Below are positions 1-10,999 of a stretch of DNA of 64,000 nt, piece after piece. Source of the stretch: Octopus sinensis (Eukaryota); the NCBI RefSeq assembly GCF_006345805.1, contig NC_043010.1, positions 59,210,001 through 59,274,000 on the forward strand, read 5' to 3'. A program made the position numbers and the translations under genes. The notes beneath the pieces are model-generated. The model was given only the letters and a program-made list of their open reading frames with translations. It was not told the origin of the DNA and did no database searches. Each line of letters opens with the position of its first letter. Position 1 is the stretch's first letter.

Positions 1-432
1 AAGACATGTTCTAATCTCATATCAGCTTTTGCTTCTTTATTCAGTTGCAGAAATCCAAGCGCAAAATACCTACTGTGTACAGATCAGACCTAAATATAAG
101 CTCTACATTTTTGGAGCATATTCCTTTTTAAGGTTTTATAGATAATTGTTTTCATATTAAAGAATGTAGTTATCTCATCCCAGCTTCATGGATTACCTAG
201 CTGCTAATGTGTTTTTCAGTCTTGTAAATACATTGAAACAAGTTATTTGATTTATGCTTTCAGTATACCATCATGAAGTAATACATTCTTATTTCCTATT
301 ATTTCAATGATAACTGTATATTTTAATCTGTAGTTCATTTCATGTTACAATTGTTCAATGAATTTGTATTTCTATTTTAGGTTCAAACAACATATCTTGA
401 TAGCCTGAAGTGTACTATCACTCCAGAACAGC

Positions 433-3351
433 ATGTTCCTGTCGTTGTCCATTGTATTATCAATGGTCCAGTGTGTGCTGACCATAGACCTTACCTACCA
501 TGTGGAAGAAGAAAGAAGTCCAGGAACATATGTAGCAGACATTGCTGCCGATTCTAAACTTTTAGACAATGTTAAACCATCTGACCAACATTTGATAACA
601 TTCAGTCAATTCAAACGAAAGGTGGCACAGTTATTTAACATCACCAAAACAGGTAAACTGTACACTGCTCAGACACTGGATGCAGAAGATCTCTGCACAT
701 TCAACAAAGAATGTTCCAGAACTATGAAGGTTGTTGTCAATAAAGGAACCAGTGTTTCAAAAATATTAAAAATCAAGATAGTAATAGAAGATATCAATGA
801 CCATGAACCAAAATTTCCTATGAGAAATGTCAATATGCTGTTCAGTGAAGACATTGGTAAAGGTGCAAAAAGATCAATACCCAATGCTATGGACAAAGAT
901 GTAGGATTTCAAAATTCCTTAATACAATATAAATTAAAATCAAAGAATGGAGAACCATTCTCTCTATCAGTGTCTAAAAGAGCTGATGGTATTTCTTCGC
1001 TTAATATAGTTTTAAAAGAATCATTAGACAGAGAAATCAAAGATACGTATTTATTACAGGTCATAGCTAAAGATGGAGGTTCACCAGCAAAACAAGGGAT
1101 TTTGAATATAAATATTTCTGTAATAGATGTTAATGATAACCCACCAGAGTTTTCTAAACCTCTATACAATATATCCATACAAAGTACACATCATAAGTCT
1201 AAACCCATCATTGTTTTGTCTGTAACAGATGCTGATTCTGGTGAAAATGGTAAAATTTTTTTTCATTTCAGTCCCAAGACATCAGATCTAGCAAAAAGCT
1301 ATTTTCAGTTAAATGAAACCAACGGGAATATTTTATTAAGCAAATATACTAGTCTGAGTAAAAAAAAAACCTACGAATTGTTTATAGAAGCCAGAGATGG
1401 GGGCACTCCACCCTTTAGTTCCATAGCAACAGTTCTGGTAAATGTTATCAACCAACACAATAATCCTCCATCTATTGATATTGATTATGTTTCTGCAATC
1501 AATGACAACACAGCTACCATTTCTGAAAACATCAAAGTCGGTAGTTTCATTGCTTATGTGATGGTCACTGACAATGATGTGGGACAAAATGGAGAGGTCA
1601 GCTGTGATATCAAACATGATACGTTCAAACTACAGTCAATGGGATCTAAAGAATATAAAATCATTCTAAACAAACCAGTGGACAGAGAAACACAAGGACA
1701 CTATAACATTCCTGTCTCTTGTCAAGATAAAGGATTACCTCCTCTTAAAAGTGTTAAAAGCCTCTCTATCCAAGTGACTGACATCAACGATGTACAACCA
1801 CAGTTTACCAAAGATACATTCCAATTCCTCACCTACGAAAACAAAGATAAAGACTTCCCTATTGGTTTTGTCAATGCCACTGACCCTGATCTTGGATCTG
1901 CTGGACAACTCACATATTCTCTGCTGCGTAAAGAAAAATCCAATCTCCCATTTCTCATCACCAGTTATGGCTTCATTTCAGCGACCATGTCATTGGACAG
2001 AGAGAAACAAGATGTGTATAAGTTTGAGGTTTTTGTCAAAGATAATGGAAGCCCATCTCTGAATGACACAGCGAATGTTGTTGTTGAGATTCTAGATCAA
2101 AATGACAATGCTCCGTATTTTACATATCCTAGTAGTGACCCTTACACGCTAAATGTGCAGTACCATCCGCAGAGTAAGAGTGACATCACAGTTTTGAGAG
2201 CCTCTGATGGGGACAGTGGAAACAATGCTTTCCTCAGATATGCAATCATACAAGGAAATGATAAACAGTTGTTTAGTATGAACTCACACAGTGGTGCTTT
2301 ATCCTTCTCCAGACAAGTTTATCTAAATGATGCTGGAAGTTATGGGCTGGTGTTTGTTGTGAAGGACAGTGGTAGTCCAGTTCAGTCGTCAACAACTAGT
2401 GTCACTTTGGTATTGGCTGTTAGTAACGAGACGTCACCAATGTCGAAAAGTGGACCTTTACAATCTTCAGGTCGGGTCCATATGACATGGGTTATTATCA
2501 TTGTATCATCAGCAGTAATAATATCAGTGGCTATTGTTGTTTCTATAACGCTGTGTATTATGAAATGTATTAAACACAGAGATAACACAGCTGCTTCCAC
2601 AAAGAATACAGCCTACCAAGGTAGAGCAGAGATGAAACAATTGTTGTACCAGACTAACACTTCTGTTGCTATGTCGAGGAATGCAGAAGAGATGGTGAAG
2701 CGGAATATCTATTCTGAGAGATCCAAGAGTGAATGTTATGCAGAAGGTCAGCTACAGAACAAATATGAATCTTCAGTTCAGTCGAGAACTTTACCAAAAC
2801 CTACCCCAGTAAGTGGAAACATTAATATTTTCTCTCTGTAAAAGTGAACAATGAAATCTCTTTGAATATGTTTTAACTTCAATAATACATTCCAATATTA
2901 AATTGTTCTCTTTCCATGTTGATTGTAACTTCCATTGTTTGGTGTCTTCTCACATTTCTTTATCGTTTGTTTGTCAACAGAAATACTGTCAACCTGTTGT
3001 GGTGACATCAAGTGATGATGCTGTGGAAGATAATGCTACTATGGTTTGTAACTATACATCAGATACAATGTCATCCAAGAGAAGTGGTAGACATGGAGAC
3101 TTGAAACATTACGAAGAAATACCAGGAGTATCAGGTTAGCAACTGCATTAGCAATACTTTGCAAATAATGTTAAGAAGTACAAATTGCAGTACACTGTAA
3201 AAATAATGTCACCATTTTTTCCATGTATTAACATATTGATATCTTGGCAAAATCTATTTTCATTTGAATTTCAGAGCAAAGTTTATATAAAAACAACGAT
3301 GCATCTACTTCGAAAGATTCCAGTGAAGAAACACCAGTGAAACATGTCTAA
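433..3351 (+). CDS. PCDH: Protocadherin gene 1 (6 EC + TM + cytoplasmic tail), join(433..2808,2981..3134,3275..3351), ~868 aa
   Basis: Signal peptide; cadherin motifs (DINDHEP, LDRE, DxD, DGG, DxNDNxP); EC1 C-X5-C (CTFNKEC); TM VIIIVSSAVIISVAIVVSITLCI. Acceptor ttttag|381, donor CCA|gtaagt 2809 (phase 0), acceptor caacag|2981, donor G|gttagc 3135 (phase 1), acceptor ttcag|3275, frame open to TAA 3351 (...SSEETPVKHV*). Same layout in all paralogs. Confidence 0.93.
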
Positions 3352-3979
3352 TCCAAATACTGAACTCATCTGACTACTCTGTGAATTTACAACATATTCC
3401 AATCATTACACATGCAATCTCAAAATGAACACTCATTATTATACATACTGGATAGTGCTATATAAATGTAATGACAGGGTTGTCAACAATTAAGCTGTTA
3501 TTCTGATAAGTAAACAGAAGTTACGCAAATGAATACATTTCCTATGTGTCTATATGTTCCTGTTTTATCATCATATTATGTTTGGTTTATATCAGTATCA
3601 AGCAATATATCTTTACACTTAATGAAAAATACATTTTATTAAACGGCAAAACTCTGTTCTTTTTTTTTTTGCCAAATGTTATTCATTTAGGAATTCTGTG
3701 ATTGCCACAAGATTATTGCTCCTTGAAGATAGATATAGTTCATCTAATCTCCCCCAGGATTTGTATGGCACTTCTTGTGTAGACCATGAAAATCAATGTC
3801 AATCCTAATAGATCTTTATTTAAATACTCTCAGAATTTACTTTTCTTTTTATTCTTTTGATGTTTATAAAATATATTACCAGTTAAGTAGAGTAATCTGG
3901 TTAATTTATTACACATTCGTCACAAATTTGTATCTCTCTGCCCATGTCCAGTATCATTATTTCTGTTATTGCTATTCTA

Positions 3980-4120
3980 CATTCTGAGTTCAAATTTCAC
4001 TGAAGTGTACTTTGCCTTTCATCCTTTCGGGCTTGATGAACTAAGTACCAGTTGCATACGGGGTTTGATTGACTCGCCTCCTCCCCACAAATTTAAGGCC
4101 TTTTTCATATAACAGAAAAG
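3980..4120 (+). mobile_element. SINE fragment (family best seen at 31080-31310; further partial copies ~17525-17630 -, ~29435-29650 -, ~45570-45750 +, ~46255-46440 +, ~53310-53450 +, ~63490-63620 -)
   Basis: B-box-like gagttcaaat followed by shared core actttgcctttcatcctttcggg...taagtaccag found repeatedly on both strands. Boundaries approximate. Confidence 0.65.
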
Positions 4121-4438
4121 ATTTAGTATTATTATTATTATTATTATTAACATTATATATTAATATAGATATGATGCTATAAATCTTTTGTAAATGTTAG
4201 TAATCGCAGCTTCTTTATTTCATTTAATTTAACTATATGCAATATGTAAGTATAAATATGTATGAATTTAAATAAGGAAATTAACATTAGACTCAAGAAA
4301 ATATAATTAAACATTAAGATAATTATAATTTTCAGTAATCTTCATGTGAATAGATGAACATTACACAATCTCACTTTCTTCCTTATGTTAGTCTAAGGTA
4401 TTTTGCTTACTGAAATCAATATTAAATAGGGTATCTCC

Positions 4439-4878
4439 ATTGGTCTTCTGTTTAGATCATTCAACCAATCAGATTCTCACTGAAACATAGAAAGAAATCA
4501 CTGACAAAGATTACCATCCACATTACTGATGTTATTAAACCAGACACTAATGTTTAACAATAGAATATTGCATTTACACAAACATATATATATATATATA
4601 TCTATATATTTAAATAATCATTGATACCAGGAAACAAACATCCTCTTTAAAGATAAATACATTATCAGATGGACGTACTCCCACAAAACATTCAACTTCA
4701 GTGAGACATGCAACCCTCTCCTAGCAGCAGACTCTCTGCCTGACGTGCTACACTACTCCATCACCATAACAGCCATTGTCACACCATTACAGCAGCACTT
4801 ACAATGGATCTTTCTACAACAATACATCTTTCTCTTTCTCACTGAATAACCAATGATATAATTATTAAAAAGGTAAGT
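4439..4878 (+). promoter_or_regulatory. Putative promoter + non-coding leader exon for gene 2 (module copy A)
   Basis: ATTGG 4439, CCAAT 4465 (21 nt spacer); 167 nt conserved block 4706..4872 containing TGACGTG; ends AAG|GTAAGT. Repeated once per unit; the downstream large exon has an acceptor ~50 nt before its ATG. Confidence 0.75.
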
Positions 4879-6464
4879 TTCCATTTAATCTCTTTTATAA
4901 TCTTATAATGTTTTATTTTATATGATGAATAATTACTTAATCGTTAAGATATTCTAGCATAGTTAATATTAACAGGAGAACAAAGACATAAAGCAATAAT
5001 TCACACATATTCCTCAGTATTGTTGAGAATATTGTTTTATACCCCAATTAATTAAATGAAATTGGTTAAAATGTCCCATAGTTAGACAATATTATTTGTA
5101 TGCTTATAACATAGTGCTGCGATGTCTGTGTGTTTGTGTGTGTGTTTTTGTTGTGCGGAAGATGTTATATTGTTTATATAGTAGATGGTTAAATGAAAGT
5201 TATGTCAAGGTGTTAGATATAAAATATGCAGAAGTATTCTACAGTATCTTTAAATTTGGGTTTAATCTATCACTTGCGAGCAGTGGTGTAATAATGGTGG
5301 GGTATACATTTTAGTGAACAGTAATGGTGGACAAATTAAGATTCACAGCTGCCAAGCAGTGACTAGAAATGTTGGCATGTCGTAGGTGGCTGTAAAATTG
5401 CAAAGACTTAATGTAGAAAATATTGATATTGCATGTGTTTGTGTCCAAAGCATATTTGTAAGTCATAGTAACATTTTATTTCTTTTTAAACATGACTCTC
5501 CTATTTTTCTTCCCCTTATAAATTCTTTGTAGTCACAATTTTGAATTGTTTTTTATGCTGTCCATTCCAATATTTAGTTATGAATTTTTGGGGGGTTTTT
5601 TTGAGATTAAAGCTATAATTTTACAGAAATGGAAGTTGATGTATATTTTGAATATTATGTCTACAATTAAAATTGAAAGCTATTCATCATCATCGTCATT
5701 ATGATTATTATCATTATCACCATCATCAACATAATTATTCTCTTGCCATTCTTCTGATCTGAGAGATTCATTATTTAACAGTGCTACTCCACAGAGGCTA
5801 GTATAAAAAGCATATTTATAAAATGACCATTGTGAACCTATTTTGAAACTTAGATTCTACAATTTCATTTTTGATATTCTTTTCTTTCATCATTACTTTT
5901 CTTTCTGAATCTTTAAAATGGTTCTATTTTCAATTCCAACCTGGTCCTATTCAAATCTTTATTACTGAACTGTCTTTGCGAACATTATCAAATATGATAG
6001 TTTCAGAACAATGACTTTTGCCATAAATCTCAGAATTTTTGGAACTTTTTTGATATACATGAACATTGAATGATACGTGCAGTGATTCACTGATTGCTTA
6101 TATTTGATAGGGGTTTATAGAAACTAGAGTTAGACTCATATTTTTGAGGAAGCAGAAACATTCTTCTTTAATATAAAAGCTACAAATATTTCTATGAATT
6201 GTCTTCAAACTTGAGAAATATTACAAATTGTGTGTTGTAAACAGATATAAATATGAGGTTAGTGGTTATTGATAAAATATACTTAAAATTCAGACAGACT
6301 GTTCTAGTGTGACTCCCTTTAAAGAGATGATGTTTACATACAAACAAATAAAATTTAAATTGAACAGTATAGGGTGACTGTTAAAACTGTCTTGAAAGCT
6401 GTGAAGTACGAGTATTCATATTTAAAACAGGATCAGTGTAAGATTTTGCACCAACCAATTATGG

Positions 6465-6678
6465 CCATTGCCAGCCCACTCTGGCCCCTGTGCTGGTGGC
6501 ACATAAAAAGCACCCACTACACTCTCGGAGTGGTTGGTGTTATGAAGGGCATCTAGCTGTAGAAACACTGCCAGATCAGACTGGAGCCTAGTGCAGCCTT
6601 CTGGCTTTCCAGGCCCCAGTTGAACCATCTAACCCATGCCAGTATGGGACACGGACATTAAACGATGATGTTGATGAT
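6465..6678 (+). mobile_element. Retroposon 3' end with (GAT)n tail (RTE-like LINE 3' UTR family; other copies ~7510-7753, 8740-8950, 9320-9470, 20350-20530, 37500-37816, 40040-40210, 46040-46245)
   Basis: Shared tggcacataaaaagcaccc...gtggttggcattaggaagggcatccagctgtagaaac...ccaacccatgccagcatggaaa..ggacgttaaa(gat)n; the same sequence ends the LINE fragment at 9573-10695. Confidence 0.75.
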
Positions 6679-7764
6679 TTGTGCAAAGGTAGTAATAGAT
6701 TGTTTGATATCCAATATCCAATGAAAGAAATCTCTCTTGTCTTTTAATGCTATTTAATTTAGAATACCCCCATTGTACACAGTTCTATATCAATAATATT
6801 GATAGATTAAAAGATTAAAGTTGTTGTATAAAGATTAAAGATGTTTGTTCTGTATAATCTATTAACTCTACCAAAGTTAATATGTTTTATATTTAACTCT
6901 CTAAATAACCAACTTGAAATGCTGTTATCGTTTGTTAAGATGCTTAACAAAGAGGTGGGGTTGCATCAATTTCAAAAGACCAGAGGTGTCTGGCATGGCT
7001 GGATCTGGCCTGCAATGTTTAGTCTCAGCCAGGCTCTCTTCCTCCCGTTACCTTACTTCCCCCCACAAACCACCTCCTTCCTGCACCTCCTCTCCCTTCC
7101 TTCTATTGCTCTCCGTCATCAACTCCTCGCTTACCTGCTATCACCCTCAATGACCTATGCCCTCCTCTACTGCAACCCCTACCCCCTGAGCCTCTCCCAT
7201 ATTTTTCTCCTTTATTTGCTACAGTTACTTCATCTTGCCAATTCACTCAGCCTAACCCTCTACATCACCTCACCTATTCTCACCACCACAAGGGCCCTGT
7301 TCTGATGCATCTTTGCCATCACCTCTCTCTTTATCTCACACTCCTTTGTTTTCCAGCTGGAGTGGCCATGTATCTACTCTACAGCAAGACACCTATATCT
7401 GTCCCCATTATACCTTAAATCTTTCAACTAGCACAAAGCTACGACCCCTCAATATTACTCCCAGCTCTCAGTTGAGGTGGTTTTGCTTTTCAAGGTACTT
7501 GATGACCCTGTTGATGCTGGTGCCACATAAACATTTCCAGAGCTGGTACAAGTAAAAAGCATTGGTGCTGGTGCCACATAAAGAGCGCCCAGTACACTCT
7601 GTAAAGTGGTTGGGGTTAGGAAGAGCATCCAGCTGCAGAAACCATATCGAAACAGACAATGGAAACTGGTGTGGCTCCTGGTCTCGCCAGCTTCTGTCAA
7701 ACCACCCAACCCATGCTAGCACGGAAAGCAGATGTTAAATGATGATGATGATGTTTTGTAAAAC

Positions 7765-7795
<31 letters not shown>

Positions 7796-9572
7796 CAAAA
7801 TGGGACAAGAACGCAAAACATCCAGTTAGACGATACGAAAAACACAGACGGGTCATTCGAAGCCTTTAATCTTCAGTAAAGAACTGGATCATCCTCGCAA
7901 TTTTGGCTGATTAATCTTGATATATATACATATATCATCATCATCATCGTTTAGCGTCCGCTTTCCATTCTAGCATGGGTTGGTTATGCAACTGTCTAAG
8001 GGATAGATATATCCGTAGGCACTCAGTATGTATAGTCCTTATCCTTATTAAAAGGTATATATATTAAAAGGTAGTAGGTAATTTAAAGGTAAAACCGTGG
8101 TTTAATATATAGAGAGAGGATAAGAAATGGAGCAATAATTAATAATCAGAAGAGGATCATTGGTGTTTTAAAGTCATTGTTTAATTAAATTATATATATA
8201 TATATCTCATTAGTATTCATTTAGAGATGGAGTCTAATTAGAATCATGATTCTAGAGTCGGAGCCTGACTAGAGTTGTGATTCCAGTTCTGATTAGTGGA
8301 ATCAGTGGACCTTGGGTGATACCAGAAACGAATTTTATGAATTAATGTACAGAAAGTTGGGACCTATTTTTCCTTCACTTTGTATACACCAAACTAAATT
8401 TTTTTTTTTAAAAATTTTGGGGGGTTTTTTTCCTTCAGTTTTTGCTGTATTTGTTCCCCTTAAGTTTACACATGTTTGTCCAAGTGGATTCTAAATGATA
8501 GGGGAATGATATTGAAAAGTTTTACATCTGAAACATTGCAAGCTTTCTATCAAACATTTCTTTTCTGAAGGACTCTAGGCATTCATTGAGATAACTTCTA
8601 TTTCTCTTGTCACTCTAAAGACTCTTAAACAATAAGAATCTATATATATATAGCATGTGGATGAGTTGTTCCTAGTGAACACCTCATGTTCTTTCCCTTC
8701 TTTATTTTTTATAAATTTAAAATGTATAATTGAATAGTCGTGGCTGGTACCTGTGTTTTGTAACTGGTGCTTGTGCTGGTGGTACGTAAAAAGCACCTAC
8801 TACACTATTGCAGGGCATCCAGCTGTAGAAACCTTGCCAAATCAAACTGGAACCCCCCCCCCCCCCCGTTTACCAGTTTTCAGTCAAAACCGTCCAACCC
8901 ATGCTGGCATGGAAAACGGACGTTAAATCATAATGATGATGATGATGATGGTGCCTTTGACCTACAATATGAATAGAGTTACTTGGAAAAATTCTCACTC
9001 TAGCCTGTTATAACTGGTCCAGTCCACAAACCCAAATGAATCTGAGACTCCTGTTCCAGGAACACAGACTGTAAGAAGGATTCTTTGGTGCAAACTTGCA
9101 AGAATTGTACTCATAAATTCAACGTTGCTATTTCTTCTTCAAATATTTGCCTTGATAAGGGACATAACTCATATGCATCTAAATAAATATTGACATCAAT
9201 TGTTTTTTCTTGGTTTTTAAATTGATATCTTCATTCAAGTGGATTCGTAATAAGCCATTAGTTGATGTGTTGAATTATTCTTTCTTCTGTTTTATGCATG
9301 ATAACTATTACAATATATCAGCTGGGTGGTTGGTATTAGGAATGGCATCCAGCCGTAGAAATACTGCCAAAACAGACAAATCTGATGTAGGTTTCTGCCT
9401 GACTGGCTCCTGTCAAATCGTACCCCAGTTGCCAGCATGAAAGCCAGACCGTAAACGATGATGATGATGATATAGGAAGTGAAATTATGTTACAAAATTA
9501 GCCTTTTATATTCTAATTATTTCTTATGCATTATTTTTATCTTTTTATGTCAGTTGGAACTGGGAACTGGGT

Positions 9573-10695
9573 AGATAGTTTTTGTGTGTGGCAGATGCAC
9601 AGGGACAATAAACACTGAAAATGTGCAGAGAACAGCTTCCGTTACATGCCAGGGAGAAAAACTAGAAGTAGTTGATAGCTTCTGTTACCTAGGGGACCAA
9701 GCCAGAACCGGGGGTAGATGCTCTGAAAGTGTAGCTGCTAGAATAAAAATAGCCTGGGCAAAGTTTGGAGAGCTCCTACCTCTGCTGGTAGCAAAGGACC
9801 TCTAGCTCAGGGTGAAAGGTAGACTGTATGATGCATGTGTACAAATAGCCATGCTACATAGGCTGTGACTACTGAGGACATGCGTAAGCTTGCAAGAAAT
9901 GAAGCTAGTATGCTCCACTGGATGTGTAATGTCAGTGTGCACACACGGCAGAGTATAAGTGCCCCGAGAGAAAAGTTGGACATAAGAAGCATCAGATGTA
10001 GTGTGCAAGAGAGACAACTGCAATGGTATGGTCTAGTGCTGTATATGGATGAGAGCAGTTGTGTGAGAAAGTGTCACACCATAACTGTGGAAGAAACCTG
10101 TGAAAGAGGTAGACTCAGGAAGACATGGGATGAGGTGGTGAAACCTGATCTTTGAACGTCAGGCCTCAGGGAGGCAATGACAAGCAACTGGGACCTTTGG
10201 AGATATATTGTGTTTGAGAAGACTCGGCAAGCCAAGTGAGACAGTAGCTGTGGCCTATGCTAGTGTTGCATAACTTGCCCATTTAAGAGTACCCTTCAAT
10301 CATTGGGCAATATCCTGTGCTTGAGAAGACCTGTTGAGTCAAGTGAAATCATTGTTGTGGATGATGCCAGGGCCATCTGACTGGCCCCTGTGCCGGTGCA
10401 CATAAAAAAGCACCATTTGAGCGTGGTTGATGCCAGTCCCACTGGACTGGCCCCTGTGCTGGTGGCACATAAAAAGTACCATTCGAGCATGGTCAATGCC
10501 AGTACTGCCCAACTGGTGCCTGTGCTGGTGGCACCTAAAAAGCACCCACTACACTCTCGGAGTGGTTGGCATTAGGAAGGACATCCAACTGTAGAAACCT
10601 CGCCAAATCGGATTGGAGCCTGGTGCGGCCTTCCGGCTTGCCAGTCCTTAGTCAAACCATCCAACCCATGCCAGCCTGGAAAGCAGACGTTAAAC
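9573..10695 (+). mobile_element. 5'-truncated, decayed RTE-clade non-LTR retrotransposon (post-RT region + 3' UTR with internal repeats)
   Basis: Translates to ...LEVVDSFCYLGD...ARIKIAWAKFGELLPLL...KGRLYDACV...EASMLHWMCNVS...LQWYG...RGRLRKTWDEVV, typical of the RTE RT C-terminal region; contains stops and frameshifts. Confidence 0.85.
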
Positions 10696-10999
10696 CTCCC
10701 ATCCTGTATCATCACTCTCAGCATTTGAACATTGATTCTCTCATGCTGGCATGAATGTGTGTGCGTCTTCTCCAGTTTCACATGTCTCTAACCATCCCAG
10801 TCCTTTATGTCATCTCCTCTATGAGCTTCAACATCCTGAGATTAGACTTCATCACACCACACCTTTCTACAGTTCCCCTTGTCCCCAGGTTCCATCCTGA
10901 ACTTCTTTATACAGCTGTCAAACTCCATATGCATTACATTCCTGTACCAGTGCAGGCTTCTCTCCTGCTTGCTATATCTGATTATTCTTATATCTAGTT

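Noticed and set aside
669-2600. Recurrent antisense and alternate-frame ORFs inside each Pcdh (MFDITADL..., MYNHSLPK..., MxAAVLSL...)
   Set aside because: Shadows of the duplicated coding sequence; recurrence is explained by nucleotide identity.
2809-2841. ORF-track C-termini VSGNINIFSL* / VSGNITFSLCKSEQ* as true protein ends
   Set aside because: They start at a GTAAGT donor, differ by an indel between paralogs, and in-phase downstream exons exist; treated as intron read-through (retention remains possible).
2903-3139. 78 aa ORF MFSFHVDCNF... repeated after each gene as a separate small gene
   Set aside because: It begins at TTG inside the intron; only the part from KYCQ onward is the 154 nt exon.
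3334-3351. Canonical PDZ-binding motif at the C-terminus (VKHV*)
   Set aside because: Terminal Val fits but Lys at -2 matches none of the standard classes; conserved but unassigned.
4706-4750. CTCF site within the invariant leader (reverse strand ctgctaggagaggg)
   Set aside because: Only a partial match to CCASYAGRKGGCRS by eye; needs a PWM scan or ChIP. Not claimed.
6841-7555. 154 aa and neighbouring ORFs in pyrimidine-rich DNA (similarly 19456-20048, 29985-30329, 39349-39791)
   Set aside because: Low-complexity LINE 3' UTR sequence with few stops; no domain similarity or splice support.
10370-10550. CRISPR-like periodic repeats (also 37500-37660)
   Set aside because: Imperfect ~60 nt tandem units within a retroposon 3' UTR in eukaryotic DNA; no unique spacers or cas genes.
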